Positions 16,659 to 26,101 of a DNA stretch of 35,665 bases are shown in pieces. A program made the position numbers and the translations under genes. The stretch lies in the sequence record SRR20825010_694; one strand, given 5' to 3'. How positions within the stretch are numbered: the first letter of the stretch is position 1; every line of letters begins with the position of its first letter. The notes beneath the pieces are model-generated. The model was not told where the DNA came from and did no database searches. It was given only the letters and a program-made list of their open reading frames with translations.

Positions 16659-17690
16659 TCAGGTACACCCTTCTCCTGGCGGCGGCAGCGTTAGGCTGGC
16701 AAGGCACAGTACCTCCGCAGAACCCGTCATTCGCGACCAGAGCACGCCGAGGAGCTCCCCGCCAATCGCCGGACGCTCCAGCTGTGAACTGGGCTCTGGC
16801 TCAAGACGGTCGCCATGGTACTTGGCGAGTATGAAGGTGAAGGGATGCGCCCCGGGGATGCCCAGGCGGATATCGGTGGCCGTGAGCTGGTCGCCGTCCA
16901 TGTCGTAGTGCAGGAAACCACGCGTAAACCAGTCCAGTCGCTGGCCTTCTGGTAATGACGTGGCGGCCTTTGCCAGGCTGGGTTCGCGGGGAAAGTGTTC
17001 CACCGTAACGGGGCCGTCGCCATCGAAGAATCCGGTCACGATTTCCACTCGTTTTTCCTCACCCACAACGGTCACTCGCCACAGTACGGTATTGAAAGGC
17101 ATTGGCTGAACCAGCCGTGGGGCCTCTTCCAGGCCTTCCTTGGCCAGCGTGGGGCCAACCCGTTCCTGGATGATTTGTTGCGCCGTTGCGCTCCACCCCA
17201 GATAAAGCGTTGAAAGGAGCAGGCCGGCCATGATGGCGCTGGTTTGTGGCCCGCGGATGAGGAACGCCGTGATGCCGATCAGTAACGGCAGGGTATAAAG
17301 CGGGTCGATGATGAAAATGCTGCTGATGGCCACAGGTGGTCCTATAGGCCAGAACAACTGGGTTCCGTAGGTGGTAAAGGCATCGAGCAGAGGGTGCGTC
17401 ATAAGCACAAGCGCGGTGAGCGCAAACCAACGCCCGTAGCCGAGATGGGGGCGCCACCGATGGAATGCAAAAGCCAGCAATACGGACAGCGGCAGCAGGA
17501 CAAACAGCGAGTGGCTGAATCCGCGGTGCTGGGTAAAGTTGGCGACCGCCGTGCCGTAATCAATGATGACGTCCAGATCGGGAAGGGTGCCGAGAACGGC
17601 ACCGACCAGCAGGGCTGAACGGCCAAGGGTTTTTCCGGCAACGGCACCGGCCAGCGAGGCGCCCAGTGCCGCCTGGGTAATCGAATCCAT
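16659..17690 (-). CDS. Membrane-bound metal-dependent hydrolase (YdjM/DUF457-like)
   Basis: MDSITQAALG, LPDLD, HRGFSHS, THPLLDAFTTYG and FIIDP motifs. Confidence 0.85.
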   Translation of the reverse strand: MDSITQAALGASLAGAVAGKTLGRSALLVGAVLGTLPDLDVIIDYGTAVANFTQHRGFSHSLFVLLPLSVLLAFAFHRWRPHLGYGRWFALTALVLMTHPLLDAFTTYGTQLFWPIGPPVAISSIFIIDPLYTLPLLIGITAFLIRGPQTSAIMAGLLLSTLYLGWSATAQQIIQERVGPTLAKEGLEEAPRLVQPMPFNTVLWRVTVVGEEKRVEIVTGFFDGDGPVTVEHFPREPSLAKAATSLPEGQRLDWFTRGFLHYDMDGDQLTATDIRLGIPGAHPFTFILAKYHGDRLEPEPSSQLERPAIGGELLGVLWSRMTGSAEVLCLASLTLPPPGEGCT

Positions 17691-17778
17691 CGGGATAACA
17701 CCTTGTCATTTAAGTCCGGCAGGTATTATGCGCGGAATCGGTTGTCGGATCACGCCCCAGATGGTCGGCAGATGGCTG

Positions 17779-19047
17779 TCAGGTATCACTCCCGGACGTT
17801 TCAGACGTCAGGTCTACCCCCAAGGCATTGAGAACCGTGTCGCCGGGATAGCCGTCGGCAACGAGGCCATTTTCTGACTGGTAGCCGCGAATAGCCGACC
17901 GCGTGTTGGGGCCAAGGATGCCGTCCGGTTTCCCGGTATCAAATCCCTGCTCGTTCAACGCTTTTTGCAGGGTAAGGATGTTGTTCCGTGACAACGCTGG
18001 CATATCCTTCGGTGGCGGGTTCTGCAGTTTACCGGCACCGGCGATGCGGTCCGCCAGATGTCCAACCGCGATAGCGTAGAATTCAGAGCGGTTCCAGCCC
18101 ATGATCACATTAAAATTCTTGTAGGCCAGGAATGCAGGCCCCCGGTGCCCGGCCGGGACCACCAGCGCGGCTTCGATGGGTTCGTTCGCCAGTTTATTGC
18201 CGAAGGCGTCGGTTACGCCCAGGGTGCGCCATTTTTCCAGGGGTAGTCGGCGGCCGTCCGCCATGCTGTAATCGAACCCCTGGGGCAGAAGAACCTCCCG
18301 CCCCCAGCGGTAGTCGCCATCCCAGCCGAGATCCTGTAGAAAGTGGCCAGCTGACATCATCGCGTCCGGCAAGCTGTTCCACAGGTCGCGCTTGCCATCG
18401 CCGTCGCCATCCACCGCATGGCGCAGGAAGACGGTTGGCATGAACTGCACATGCCCCATGGCGCCTGCCCAGGAGCCCTCCATCTGCTCGGCGGGTATCG
18501 CGCCCTCGTCAATGATTCTCAGGGCTGCAATCAACTGTTCGGTAAAGAATTGGCTGCGCCGTTCGTCGCACGCCAGGGTGGCGAGGGAGCTGGGCACCGA
18601 CATCTTGCCAAAGTAGGAACCGAAGTTGGTTTCCAGGCCCCAGAACGCCACGAGATAGGGGGCGGACACGCCGGTTTTCCGGGTGACGCGTTCAAGCAGT
18701 GCTTCGTGTTGGTCCAGCAACTCCCGCCCGCGGCTTACCCGGTCGGAGTTGACCCTGCGGTTAAGGTAGTCCGCGAAGGTGGTGGTGAATTCGGGCTGGC
18801 GGCGGTCGAGCTCTATCACTCGCTCCAGGTATTCTGCGCCTGCCAGCACTTCGCCCGCCGTTTGTGATGACACACCCGCCTCGATGGCCTGGCTTTCCAG
18901 GTGTTCGATGCACTGGGGGAAACGGTTTTCCAGGTCGGCGTCAGCGGCCGCGGACACGGACGCACTGCTCAGGACGAACAATCCGCTGAGTGAAAGGTGT
19001 CGAATCGTCCGTTGGCTCTTTGATGTCCCTGTGAATATGCTCGGCAC
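17779..19047 (-). CDS. Lytic murein transglycosylase (MltB/SltB family) with C-terminal peptidoglycan-binding domain
   Basis: DRRQPEF, WGLETNFG (catalytic Glu), GSWAGAMGHVQFMP, EF-hand-like DGDGDGKRD, WNRS, and PG_binding_1-like LQKAL..GFDTGKPDGILG. The GTG start is uncertain. Confidence 0.9.
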   Translation of the reverse strand: MPSIFTGTSKSQRTIRHLSLSGLFVLSSASVSAAADADLENRFPQCIEHLESQAIEAGVSSQTAGEVLAGAEYLERVIELDRRQPEFTTTFADYLNRRVNSDRVSRGRELLDQHEALLERVTRKTGVSAPYLVAFWGLETNFGSYFGKMSVPSSLATLACDERRSQFFTEQLIAALRIIDEGAIPAEQMEGSWAGAMGHVQFMPTVFLRHAVDGDGDGKRDLWNSLPDAMMSAGHFLQDLGWDGDYRWGREVLLPQGFDYSMADGRRLPLEKWRTLGVTDAFGNKLANEPIEAALVVPAGHRGPAFLAYKNFNVIMGWNRSEFYAIAVGHLADRIAGAGKLQNPPPKDMPALSRNNILTLQKALNEQGFDTGKPDGILGPNTRSAIRGYQSENGLVADGYPGDTVLNALGVDLTSETSGSDT

Positions 19048-19268
19048 GCTAAACCTCGGTCTGGAGTGGATGTTTCTGGCTCATGGTAGCCTGTTTTTGT
19101 GGCCCTGAAACACTGTTGTTACCGGATTCCGGTGACAATTCTTTAACCTGGTGTTCCACACCGCATCGGATGTGTCGTCTTTTTGTAGTCCCGCTATTCC
19201 CCGCCATCGGCTTGTTCTATAGTTTGCAGAACGATACGACAACTTTCTGAAAGACAAAAGGTCCGAAA

Positions 19269-20126
19269 ATGGCAACGCTGAAGGCGCTGGTGGTGGATGA
19301 CGCCAGCTTTGTGAGGGATCTGGTCAAGCGAACGGTGCGTCAGCGTTTTCCAGTGATTGACACCACGGATGCCCAGAACGGCCGCCGGGCGCAATCACTG
19401 ATGTCGCGCACAACGTTTGATCTCATCCTCTGTGACTGGGAAATGCCGGAGATGTCGGGTCTGGAGCTGTTGCAGTGGATGCGCCAACAGCCGCAGTATG
19501 AAAAAACGCCCTTCATCATGATCACCAGCCGTGGTGACAAGGATCATGTGGTTGAAGCCGTCAAGGGGGGAGTCTCTGAGTATCTGGGGAAACCCTTCAG
19601 CCCTGAGGGCCTGAGCAATAAGATCATCAAGGTGATGGGGCGCCGCCTCAAGGACGCCATGGATCGAGGCGGGAAGTCCATGGCCGGGCCGGCGGAAGCG
19701 TTTCGCGAATCCGCCAGCCTGCTGACCCAGAAGCGGGAAGCTGCTTCTCCGGCGCCAGTCCGTGCCAGCAAGTCGTCCACGTCCTCTGCCTCCGGGTCGA
19801 CAGCCAGGCCGCCAATGAGCGTGGCGTCGGTGCGTTTTTCAGACAGCACTCTGCGCTCAGTCGTCAAGGACATCACCCTCACGGAAGTGCGGGTGATCGC
19901 CAAGCGGGACCAGCAGTTTCCGGGCATCCTTGATCAGGCTGTGGTGGATATCGAAGTGGCCGAAGGGCAGGTAGCGCGGCTTAATGGTTACGTCCACCAG
20001 TTGCAGGCGGTGGACAAACGCCAGGACACGGATTTTGTGGGCGTGACCATCCGATTTGTGGACGAAGACCCGAAAAAGCTGGAAGACCTGTCCCGTTTTA
20101 TCGCCCGTTTCCGCAGCGGCGGTTAG
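19269..20126 (+). CDS. Response regulator: CheY-like receiver, S/A-rich linker, putative PilZ-like beta domain
   Basis: LVVDD, LILCDWEMP (phospho-Asp), MITS, GKPF. C-terminus is beta-rich (VVKDITL, VGVTIRF). Confidence 0.85.
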   Translation: MATLKALVVDDASFVRDLVKRTVRQRFPVIDTTDAQNGRRAQSLMSRTTFDLILCDWEMPEMSGLELLQWMRQQPQYEKTPFIMITSRGDKDHVVEAVKGGVSEYLGKPFSPEGLSNKIIKVMGRRLKDAMDRGGKSMAGPAEAFRESASLLTQKREAASPAPVRASKSSTSSASGSTARPPMSVASVRFSDSTLRSVVKDITLTEVRVIAKRDQQFPGILDQAVVDIEVAEGQVARLNGYVHQLQAVDKRQDTDFVGVTIRFVDEDPKKLEDLSRFIARFRSGG

Positions 20127-20144
20127 CCACGAAAGCTATCCCAA

Positions 20145-21461
20145 TCAGGACGCGGTCTCAGGAAGCCTTTCCGCCAATCGTTCCCGGGGGAAGTGGCAGA
20201 TGAATTCGCTGCCGTCGCCAATCCGGCTTCGAATTTCCAGGTTACCGTCATGGTTGAGCAATACATGCTTGACGATCGCCAGCCCCAGGCCGGTGCCACC
20301 GGTCTCCTTGTGTCGGCTGGGGTCGGCGCGATAGAACCGCTCGGTAAGCCGTGGGATATGAACCGGGTCTATACCGATACCGGTATCTTTCACTGACAGA
20401 TGCCCGCCGTCGCGGTCCGTTTTCCAGATGATGGTGATGAGTCCACCGGCAGGTGTGTACTTCACGGCGTTGAAAATCAGGTTGGAGAAGGCGCTGCGCA
20501 GTTGGCTTTCGTCGCCCCTCAGCAGATGGCGATCGCCAATGCTGACGTTGAATTCGTGGCCCTGGTCGCCGCTGAGGGCCTTGGCGTCGTGGCAGATCTG
20601 CTGGATCATCGCCTGTAAATCCGTGACCGCATCGTTGATGGTTTGCTCGCCGGTTTCAATTCTGGACAGCAATATCAGGTCGGTAATCAACGCTTCCATG
20701 CGCGAGGACTGCTGCGCCATGGTGTTGATGGCGCGCCGCCATTTGGGCGGCAGGTCGTCGGCGTTGTCCACCAGGGTTTCCAGGTAGCCGCTGATCACCG
20801 TCAGGGGTGTTCTCATCTCATGGGAGACGTTGCCAACGAAATCCCGTCGCATCTGTTCAAGCTGGTACAGGCGGGTTACGTCCTTGGCCACAATCAGGCG
20901 GTCGTCGTCGCCAAACAGGCTGATCTGGATTTGCAGGTGAATGTGCGGTTTTGCGGGTGAGTTCAGTTCCAATGGTTCCCGGTAGTCGCGGGAGTCGAAG
21001 TAGGCCTTGAACGCGGGGTTGCGGATCAGGTTGTGAATAAACTGCCCGCGGTCCGAACTGCGACGAAAGCCCAGAAGATGCTCCGCTGAGCCGTTCCACC
21101 ACTCCATGGCGCCCCGCGAGTCGGTCATGATCACACCATCCCGCATGGCATTGGTGGACTCCTGGACCCGGTTGATCTGGGCGCGAAGTTTGTCCTGGGT
21201 GCGTAGGTGGTTCTGGTGAAGCCTGTGTAGGCCGTCGAAGATGTCGCCCCAGAGACCAACACTCTGAGGGGCTTCGTCACTGCCGCTGGGATTGCCGAGC
21301 CAATGGTACAGACGTTTGGCCTGGGCCAGAGTCCACCACAGGTAAGCCAGCAGCCCTGCCGTCAGCCCGTAGAGGGGCTCGCCAAAGAAAAGCCCGACGG
21401 CCGTGCAGGCTATCAGGAGCGTGATAATCCATCGCAGGTACTTTGACCAGTTGTGTTGCAT
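20145..21461 (-). CDS. phoR: Phosphate regulon sensor histidine kinase
   Basis: Two TM segments, PAS region (NLIRNP), H-box RRDFVGNVSHEMRTPL, N-box NLIFNAVKY, G boxes DTGIGI and GGTGLGL. Probable start MQHNW at 21461. Confidence 0.95.
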   Translation of the reverse strand: MQHNWSKYLRWIITLLIACTAVGLFFGEPLYGLTAGLLAYLWWTLAQAKRLYHWLGNPSGSDEAPQSVGLWGDIFDGLHRLHQNHLRTQDKLRAQINRVQESTNAMRDGVIMTDSRGAMEWWNGSAEHLLGFRRSSDRGQFIHNLIRNPAFKAYFDSRDYREPLELNSPAKPHIHLQIQISLFGDDDRLIVAKDVTRLYQLEQMRRDFVGNVSHEMRTPLTVISGYLETLVDNADDLPPKWRRAINTMAQQSSRMEALITDLILLSRIETGEQTINDAVTDLQAMIQQICHDAKALSGDQGHEFNVSIGDRHLLRGDESQLRSAFSNLIFNAVKYTPAGGLITIIWKTDRDGGHLSVKDTGIGIDPVHIPRLTERFYRADPSRHKETGGTGLGLAIVKHVLLNHDGNLEIRSRIGDGSEFICHFPRERLAERLPETAS

Positions 21462-21519
21462 TACAGCTGCCCCTGAATCAGTTCCGGGCCCTTTTCGGGG
21501 TAAAGGGCGCCGGTTGTGG

Positions 21520-22212
21520 TTATGCTGCTCTGGTTGAGAACCGGTAGCCGGTGCCACGCACTGTCTGGATCAGGTGATCATATTGGTCGCCAAGGGCTTT
21601 GCGCAAACGGCGTATGTGAACGTCGACGGTTCGCTCTTCAACATAGACGTTCCCACCCCACACCTGATCAAGCAGCTGGGAGCGAGTATAAACCCGTTCC
21701 TGGTGTGTCATGAAGAACTGCAGTAACCGATATTCCGTGGGGCCGATGTTCAGTGCGCCGGTTTCCGTGGTGACCCGGTGGCCGACCGGGTCCAGGGTCA
21801 GGCCATCCACTTCGATCGGAGTTTCCACGCCGGGCGGCGTGGTGCGGCGCAATACGGCTTTCAGCCTGGCCACCAGCTCCCTCGGCGAGAAGGGCTTGGT
21901 GATGTAGTCATCCGCACCCACTTCCAGGCCCTGGATCTTATTGTCTTCCTCGACCTTGGCCGTCAGCATGATGATGGGAATTTCAGCCGTTGCCTCTTCT
22001 TTTTTCAGGCGCCTGGCCAGTTCCACGCCGCTGGTGCCTGGCAGCATCCAGTCAAGGAGTATCAAGTCGGGCTGTTTGTCAACGATCAGGGCATGCGCTT
22101 CGCGGGCATCCGCTGCCTCAAGGTAGTCGTAGTCGGCCATTTCGAGAGCCACAGCGATCATTTCGCGGATGGGTGCCTCGTCATCGACGATCAGGACAGT
22201 TTTTCCAGTCAT
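21520..22212 (-). CDS. phoB: Phosphate regulon response regulator
   Basis: [57 protein letters not shown]. Start 22212 or 22218. Confidence 0.97.
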   Translation of the reverse strand: MTGKTVLIVDDEAPIREMIAVALEMADYDYLEAADAREAHALIVDKQPDLILLDWMLPGTSGVELARRLKKEEATAEIPIIMLTAKVEEDNKIQGLEVGADDYITKPFSPRELVARLKAVLRRTTPPGVETPIEVDGLTLDPVGHRVTTETGALNIGPTEYRLLQFFMTHQERVYTRSQLLDQVWGGNVYVEERTVDVHIRRLRKALGDQYDHLIQTVRGTGYRFSTRAA

Positions 22213-22252
22213 GAGCATTAACCTGTGTCATACCGAGTATTGTTGCTGCCTC

Positions 22253-22286
22253 ATTACAACCGGGTAGTGTTACAAGTATATGACAG
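22253..22286 (-). promoter_or_regulatory. Pho box and -10 element of the phoBR promoter (autoregulation)
   Basis: Minus strand CTGTCAT-ATAC-TTGTAAC (22286-22269), 10 bp, then TGTAAT (22258-22253). Confidence 0.8.
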
Positions 22287-22313
22287 TAGCAGGCTGTGAC
22301 TGGATTTGTTCGA

Positions 22314-23201
22314 CTAACTGATGATCCGGTCAATCAACAGACCGGTGAAAACTGCAAAGCCCGCCCAGTTATTGTTGAGAAAGGCCTTGAAGCATCCGTC
22401 GCGTTCGCGGAAGCGGGCCAAGTGCTGCTGGAAGACAAACAGGCACGCCATGGCGACGAGCCCGAGGTAATAGAAAACGCCGAGCTCGGCCTGCTGGCCC
22501 ACGAGGATGAGAATCAGCACCACCAGGGCCTGCAGGATTGCGATAACCGCCCGGTCGGCGTCTCCGAACAGAATGGCCGTGGATTTGATGCCAATCCGGA
22601 TGTCGTCATCACGATCCACCATGGCGTACAGGGTGTCGTAGGCAACGGTCCAGAGCACGTTGGCGGTAAACAGCAGCCAGGCCAGTTTTGTGACCTCACC
22701 GGCCTCGGCGGCCCAGGCCATGGGAATGGCCCAGGAAAAGGCGGCCCCAAGAAACAGTTGCGGCAGATGGGTGTAACGCTTCATGAACGGGTAGATGAAC
22801 GCCAGTACTGCACCCCCGAACGACAGATAGAGAGTCAGCGTGTTGGTGAACAGCACCACCATCAGGAAGGCTGTCACGCAGAGGCCTGCGAACAGGGCGA
22901 CAGCTTCCCAGGCTTCGATGCGACCGGAGGTCAGTGGGCGGTCTTTGGTGCGTTTGACGTGTCGATCCACCTTGCGGTCGGCAAAATCGTTGATGGCGCA
23001 ACCGGCAGCTCGCATCATGAATACGCCGAGGGTAAAGACGATAAAGTTGCCAACGCTGGGGAAGCCGTCTGCAGCCAGCCAAAGTGCCCAGTAGGTTGGC
23101 CATAGGAGGAGCAGGCTGCCGATGGGGCGATCGACTCGCAGCAGTCGGGCGTAGTCTGCAAGGCGGGCCTGGATGTGATCTGGCACGGCATTGGGCAGCA
23201 T
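22314..23201 (-). CDS. ubiA: 4-hydroxybenzoate octaprenyltransferase
   Basis: [51 protein letters not shown]. Confidence 0.96.
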   Translation of the reverse strand: MLPNAVPDHIQARLADYARLLRVDRPIGSLLLLWPTYWALWLAADGFPSVGNFIVFTLGVFMMRAAGCAINDFADRKVDRHVKRTKDRPLTSGRIEAWEAVALFAGLCVTAFLMVVLFTNTLTLYLSFGGAVLAFIYPFMKRYTHLPQLFLGAAFSWAIPMAWAAEAGEVTKLAWLLFTANVLWTVAYDTLYAMVDRDDDIRIGIKSTAILFGDADRAVIAILQALVVLILILVGQQAELGVFYYLGLVAMACLFVFQQHLARFRERDGCFKAFLNNNWAGFAVFTGLLIDRIIS

Positions 23202-23244
23202 AGGTCTGGTCCGTCCGGGATGATGTTGCTGAGGCTGAGCGGGG

Positions 23245-23273
23245 ATTATAGCCAGCGGTGAGGTTCGGTTAAA
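23245..23273 (-). promoter_or_regulatory. Putative sigma70 promoter for ubiA
   Basis: Minus strand TTTAAC-N17-TATAAT in the ubiC-ubiA gap. Confidence 0.4.
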
Positions 23274-23285
23274 AGAGCCGCTGCG

Positions 23286-23861
23286 TCAGGGGCAGAGCGT
23301 GGGGAGGAAATACTCGCCGACCAAGAGGCTATGATGACCGCTGAAAAAACGGGAGCGGCGGGCCGCCATGGGTTGATGGCGGTTAGCCCGATGGCAAAGA
23401 CCGGTCTCGAACGGCCCCCGTTGCCACTGTGGGTTGCTGAACAGATAGGCGCCGAGAGGGCGGCGTCCCAGGTTGCGCAGGCGGCGTCCACGCCCTGAGA
23501 GGGTTGCCAATGGAATGATCGTACGGGCGAGCACCCAGGGGGTGTTGTCGCCGTTCAGGCAGACCTCGCGGATCCACGCATTCTGGCGCACCGGAATACC
23601 CAGGGTATGGGCCTCCTCCACAGTGGGGCGGGCAAAACCTTCCTGGAGGATATCCACGTGAAAGTGCTCGCGGCATCGGAGTTGAAGCGCCCGGGTCAGT
23701 GAGCCCTCCAGCGTCAGCCAGTGGCTGAGCGGCCCGTGGATGGCCGGGTTCTTCAGCGCGGCTGCTGAAAAAGAGCGGTACCAGTCCGTAGCGGGGGTGG
23801 AGATGGCGTTTTCACCCTCAAACATGCTGGGTGCGTACCGGTCAAAGTCCCTTGACGGCAT
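23286..23861 (-). CDS. ubiC: Chorismate pyruvate-lyase
   Basis: WL..GSLT..L, REVCL, PWVLART, LG.RPLG..LF, ARRSRF, LLVGEYF; directly upstream of ubiA. Start uncertain (23861, overlapping the hpt end, or 23825). Confidence 0.9.
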   Translation of the reverse strand: MPSRDFDRYAPSMFEGENAISTPATDWYRSFSAAALKNPAIHGPLSHWLTLEGSLTRALQLRCREHFHVDILQEGFARPTVEEAHTLGIPVRQNAWIREVCLNGDNTPWVLARTIIPLATLSGRGRRLRNLGRRPLGAYLFSNPQWQRGPFETGLCHRANRHQPMAARRSRFFSGHHSLLVGEYFLPTLCP

Positions 23862-24399
23862 AAATTCCCGGGGCGTTGCGCCAGTAACCTTTGTAATCCA
23901 TGCCGTAGCCAAACAGGAAACGGTCCTCAACTTCCAGGCCGGTAAAGTCTGCCTTCAGGTTTGGCTTTGCCTTGCGATCGTGTTGTTTGTCGACCAATAC
24001 GGCCGTCAGAACCTCGCTGGCGCCATGGGCGAGGCAGTAATCTGCAATGGCGCAGAGTGTCGTACCCTCGTCGAGGATGTCATCAACGATCAGTACCGTG
24101 CGGCCATTCATATTGGCTTCCGGCTGCAGTTTCCACTCCAGGATGCCACCGGTGGTTTCCTGGCGGTAGCGAGTGGCGTGAAGGTATTCCGCCTGCACGG
24201 GAAACGTCAGCCTTGGCAGTAGGTGGCCGGTGAGGATAAGGCCGCCATTCATCACACAGAACAACAGCGGGTTGGTGTCCTTGAGGCGCCCGGTAATCTC
24301 TTCTGCAAGAGACTGGATGGCAGCCTGTACCTGCTGTTCGCTCACCAGGCAGTCGGCTTCGGCCATTACCTGATTCAGTTCGGCGACGGTGTCGGTCAT
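23842..24399 (-). CDS. hpt: Hypoxanthine-guanine phosphoribosyltransferase
   Basis: CVMNGG, PRPP-binding VLIVDDILDEGTT, FLFGYGMDY..WRN. Confidence 0.92.
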   Translation of the reverse strand: MTDTVAELNQVMAEADCLVSEQQVQAAIQSLAEEITGRLKDTNPLLFCVMNGGLILTGHLLPRLTFPVQAEYLHATRYRQETTGGILEWKLQPEANMNGRTVLIVDDILDEGTTLCAIADYCLAHGASEVLTAVLVDKQHDRKAKPNLKADFTGLEVEDRFLFGYGMDYKGYWRNAPGIYAVKGL

Positions 24400-24604
24400 A
24401 GCACTGGGGTCCTATCGTAAAACGGCCGATTATACCGGAGGTGGCACGCTGAAGGGAGGGGCGTTTCCCGGTTCGCCTGATGGAAATTCTGGCGATTGGC
24501 AGAAAACCCGCTGAATAGCCGTCGGCGACGGCATTGGTCAATGCCGCAGCGGTGGGTATGATGGTTTCCCAGTGTGAATGGTGCCAACTCGGTGCATGAA
24601 AGAC

Positions 24605-24634
24605 TTGCGCGTACAATTGTCTGACAATTATTAT
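24605..24634 (+). promoter_or_regulatory. Rubredoxin promoter containing the perfect palindrome AATTGTC-T-GACAATT (GntR-type operator candidate)
   Basis: TTGCGC (24605-24610)-N18-TATTAT (24629-24634), with the 15-bp palindrome at 24615-24629. Confidence 0.65.
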
Positions 24635-24663
24635 CGCGCCCCAACGAGTTTCGGAGGAATGAC

Positions 24664-24831
24664 ATGAAGAAGTGGCAGTGCGTTGTCTGTGGATTTATTT
24701 ACGATGAGGCGGAAGGCTGGCCGGAAGACGGTATTGAGCCCGGAACCGCCTGGGAAGACGTACCGGAAGATTGGGAGTGCCCGGACTGCGGCGTGGGTAA
24801 GGAAGACTTCGAGATGATTGAAATCGGCTGA
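24664..24831 (+). CDS. rubA: Rubredoxin
   Basis: Translated by hand: [55 protein letters not shown] (55 aa), two CxxCG motifs, RBS GGAGG. Not in the ORF track. Confidence 0.97.
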   Translation: MKKWQCVVCGFIYDEAEGWPEDGIEPGTAWEDVPEDWECPDCGVGKEDFEMIEIG

Positions 24832-24867
24832 TACGCCGGTACCGCTGAACAGGTTTGGAGAGCAGTA

Positions 24868-26022
24868 ATGAACGCAGACGCCCCTATCGTGATTGTGGGT
24901 ACCGGATTGTCAGGCTATTCGCTGGCTAAGGAAATCCGTAAGCAGGACAAGGACACACCAATCGTCATGGTAACGGCGGACGATGGCTATAGTTACTCCA
25001 AGCCCATGCTTTCCACTGGCTTTACCAAGGGCAAAGAGGCTGATGAACTGGCGCAGGCGTCGGCGGAGGCAATGGTGGAGCAACTGAACCTTCAGCTGCG
25101 TACTTACACCACCGTGACCGGCATTGATCCGGATGCCCACGAACTTGTGCTGGGGGATGAACGGCTAGGATACAGCAAACTGGTGTTGGCCTGGGGTGCC
25201 GATGTGATTCGCCTGTCCATTGCCGGTGACGGCCATGAGCGTGTCTTTTCCATCAACGACCTGATGGACTACCGTGCCTTTCGCAAGGCTTTGAAGGGCA
25301 AGAAGCGGGTGGCCATCATGGGCGCGGGCCTGATCGGTTGTGAGTTTGCCAACGACCTTCGCAACGGCGATGTCGACGTGGATGTGATTGCTCCTTCTGA
25401 TGCCCTGATGCCGGGACTTCTACCACCGGCTGCTGCGGCAGCGGTGCGCGATGGACTGGAAGGGTTGGGCGTCCGTTTTCATCTGGAAACGGTTGTGGAG
25501 CACATTGCCAATAGCGGGGAAGGTGTCCGCCTGACCCTGGCCAATGGCGAGGAACTGGACTCCGACCTGGTTATTTCCGCGGTCGGGCTGCGACCACGCA
25601 CGGAGCTGGCTGCAGCAGCGGGCCTGGAGACCCAGCGTGGCATCGTGGTCAACCGCGCCCTGGAGACTTCAATGCCAGATGTTTATGCACTGGGTGACTG
25701 CGCTGAAGTCGACGGTCATGTGTTGCTGTATGTGCTGCCGCTGATGGCGTGCGCCCGTGCGTTGGCAAAAACACTGGTGAGTGAGCGCACTGAAGTGAAG
25801 TACGGCACCATGCCGGTCATGGTCAAGACCCCCTGTTGTCCAACAGCGGTGTGTCCGCCACCGGCGAATGCGTCGGGCAACTGGGAAGTGGATGCGGACG
25901 GCCAGGATGTCCGTGCCCTGTTCAAGAGTGAGTCTGGCGAGGTTCTGGGCTTTGCGGTAACCGGTGGTTATGCGATGGAGAAGCAGGCCCTGTCGAAGGA
26001 GGTGCCGCCGATTCATAACTGA
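24868..26022 (+). CDS. rubB: Rubredoxin-NAD(+) reductase
   Basis: IVGTGLSG (FAD), YSKPMLS, GAGLIGCEFAND (NADH), YALGDCA, VKTP; directly after rubredoxin. Confidence 0.92.
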   Translation: MNADAPIVIVGTGLSGYSLAKEIRKQDKDTPIVMVTADDGYSYSKPMLSTGFTKGKEADELAQASAEAMVEQLNLQLRTYTTVTGIDPDAHELVLGDERLGYSKLVLAWGADVIRLSIAGDGHERVFSINDLMDYRAFRKALKGKKRVAIMGAGLIGCEFANDLRNGDVDVDVIAPSDALMPGLLPPAAAAAVRDGLEGLGVRFHLETVVEHIANSGEGVRLTLANGEELDSDLVISAVGLRPRTELAAAAGLETQRGIVVNRALETSMPDVYALGDCAEVDGHVLLYVLPLMACARALAKTLVSERTEVKYGTMPVMVKTPCCPTAVCPPPANASGNWEVDADGQDVRALFKSESGEVLGFAVTGGYAMEKQALSKEVPPIHN

Positions 26023-26101
26023 GGGTGGTATCAGGATTGCGAAAATCCCCAGCTTGCGGTAGAAACTCATTCGTGAGCTAACGATATTGACAGGAGCTGG
26101 C

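Noticed and set aside
24442..24458. TGGCACG as a sigma54 -24 element
   Set aside because: There is no GC at the -12 position.
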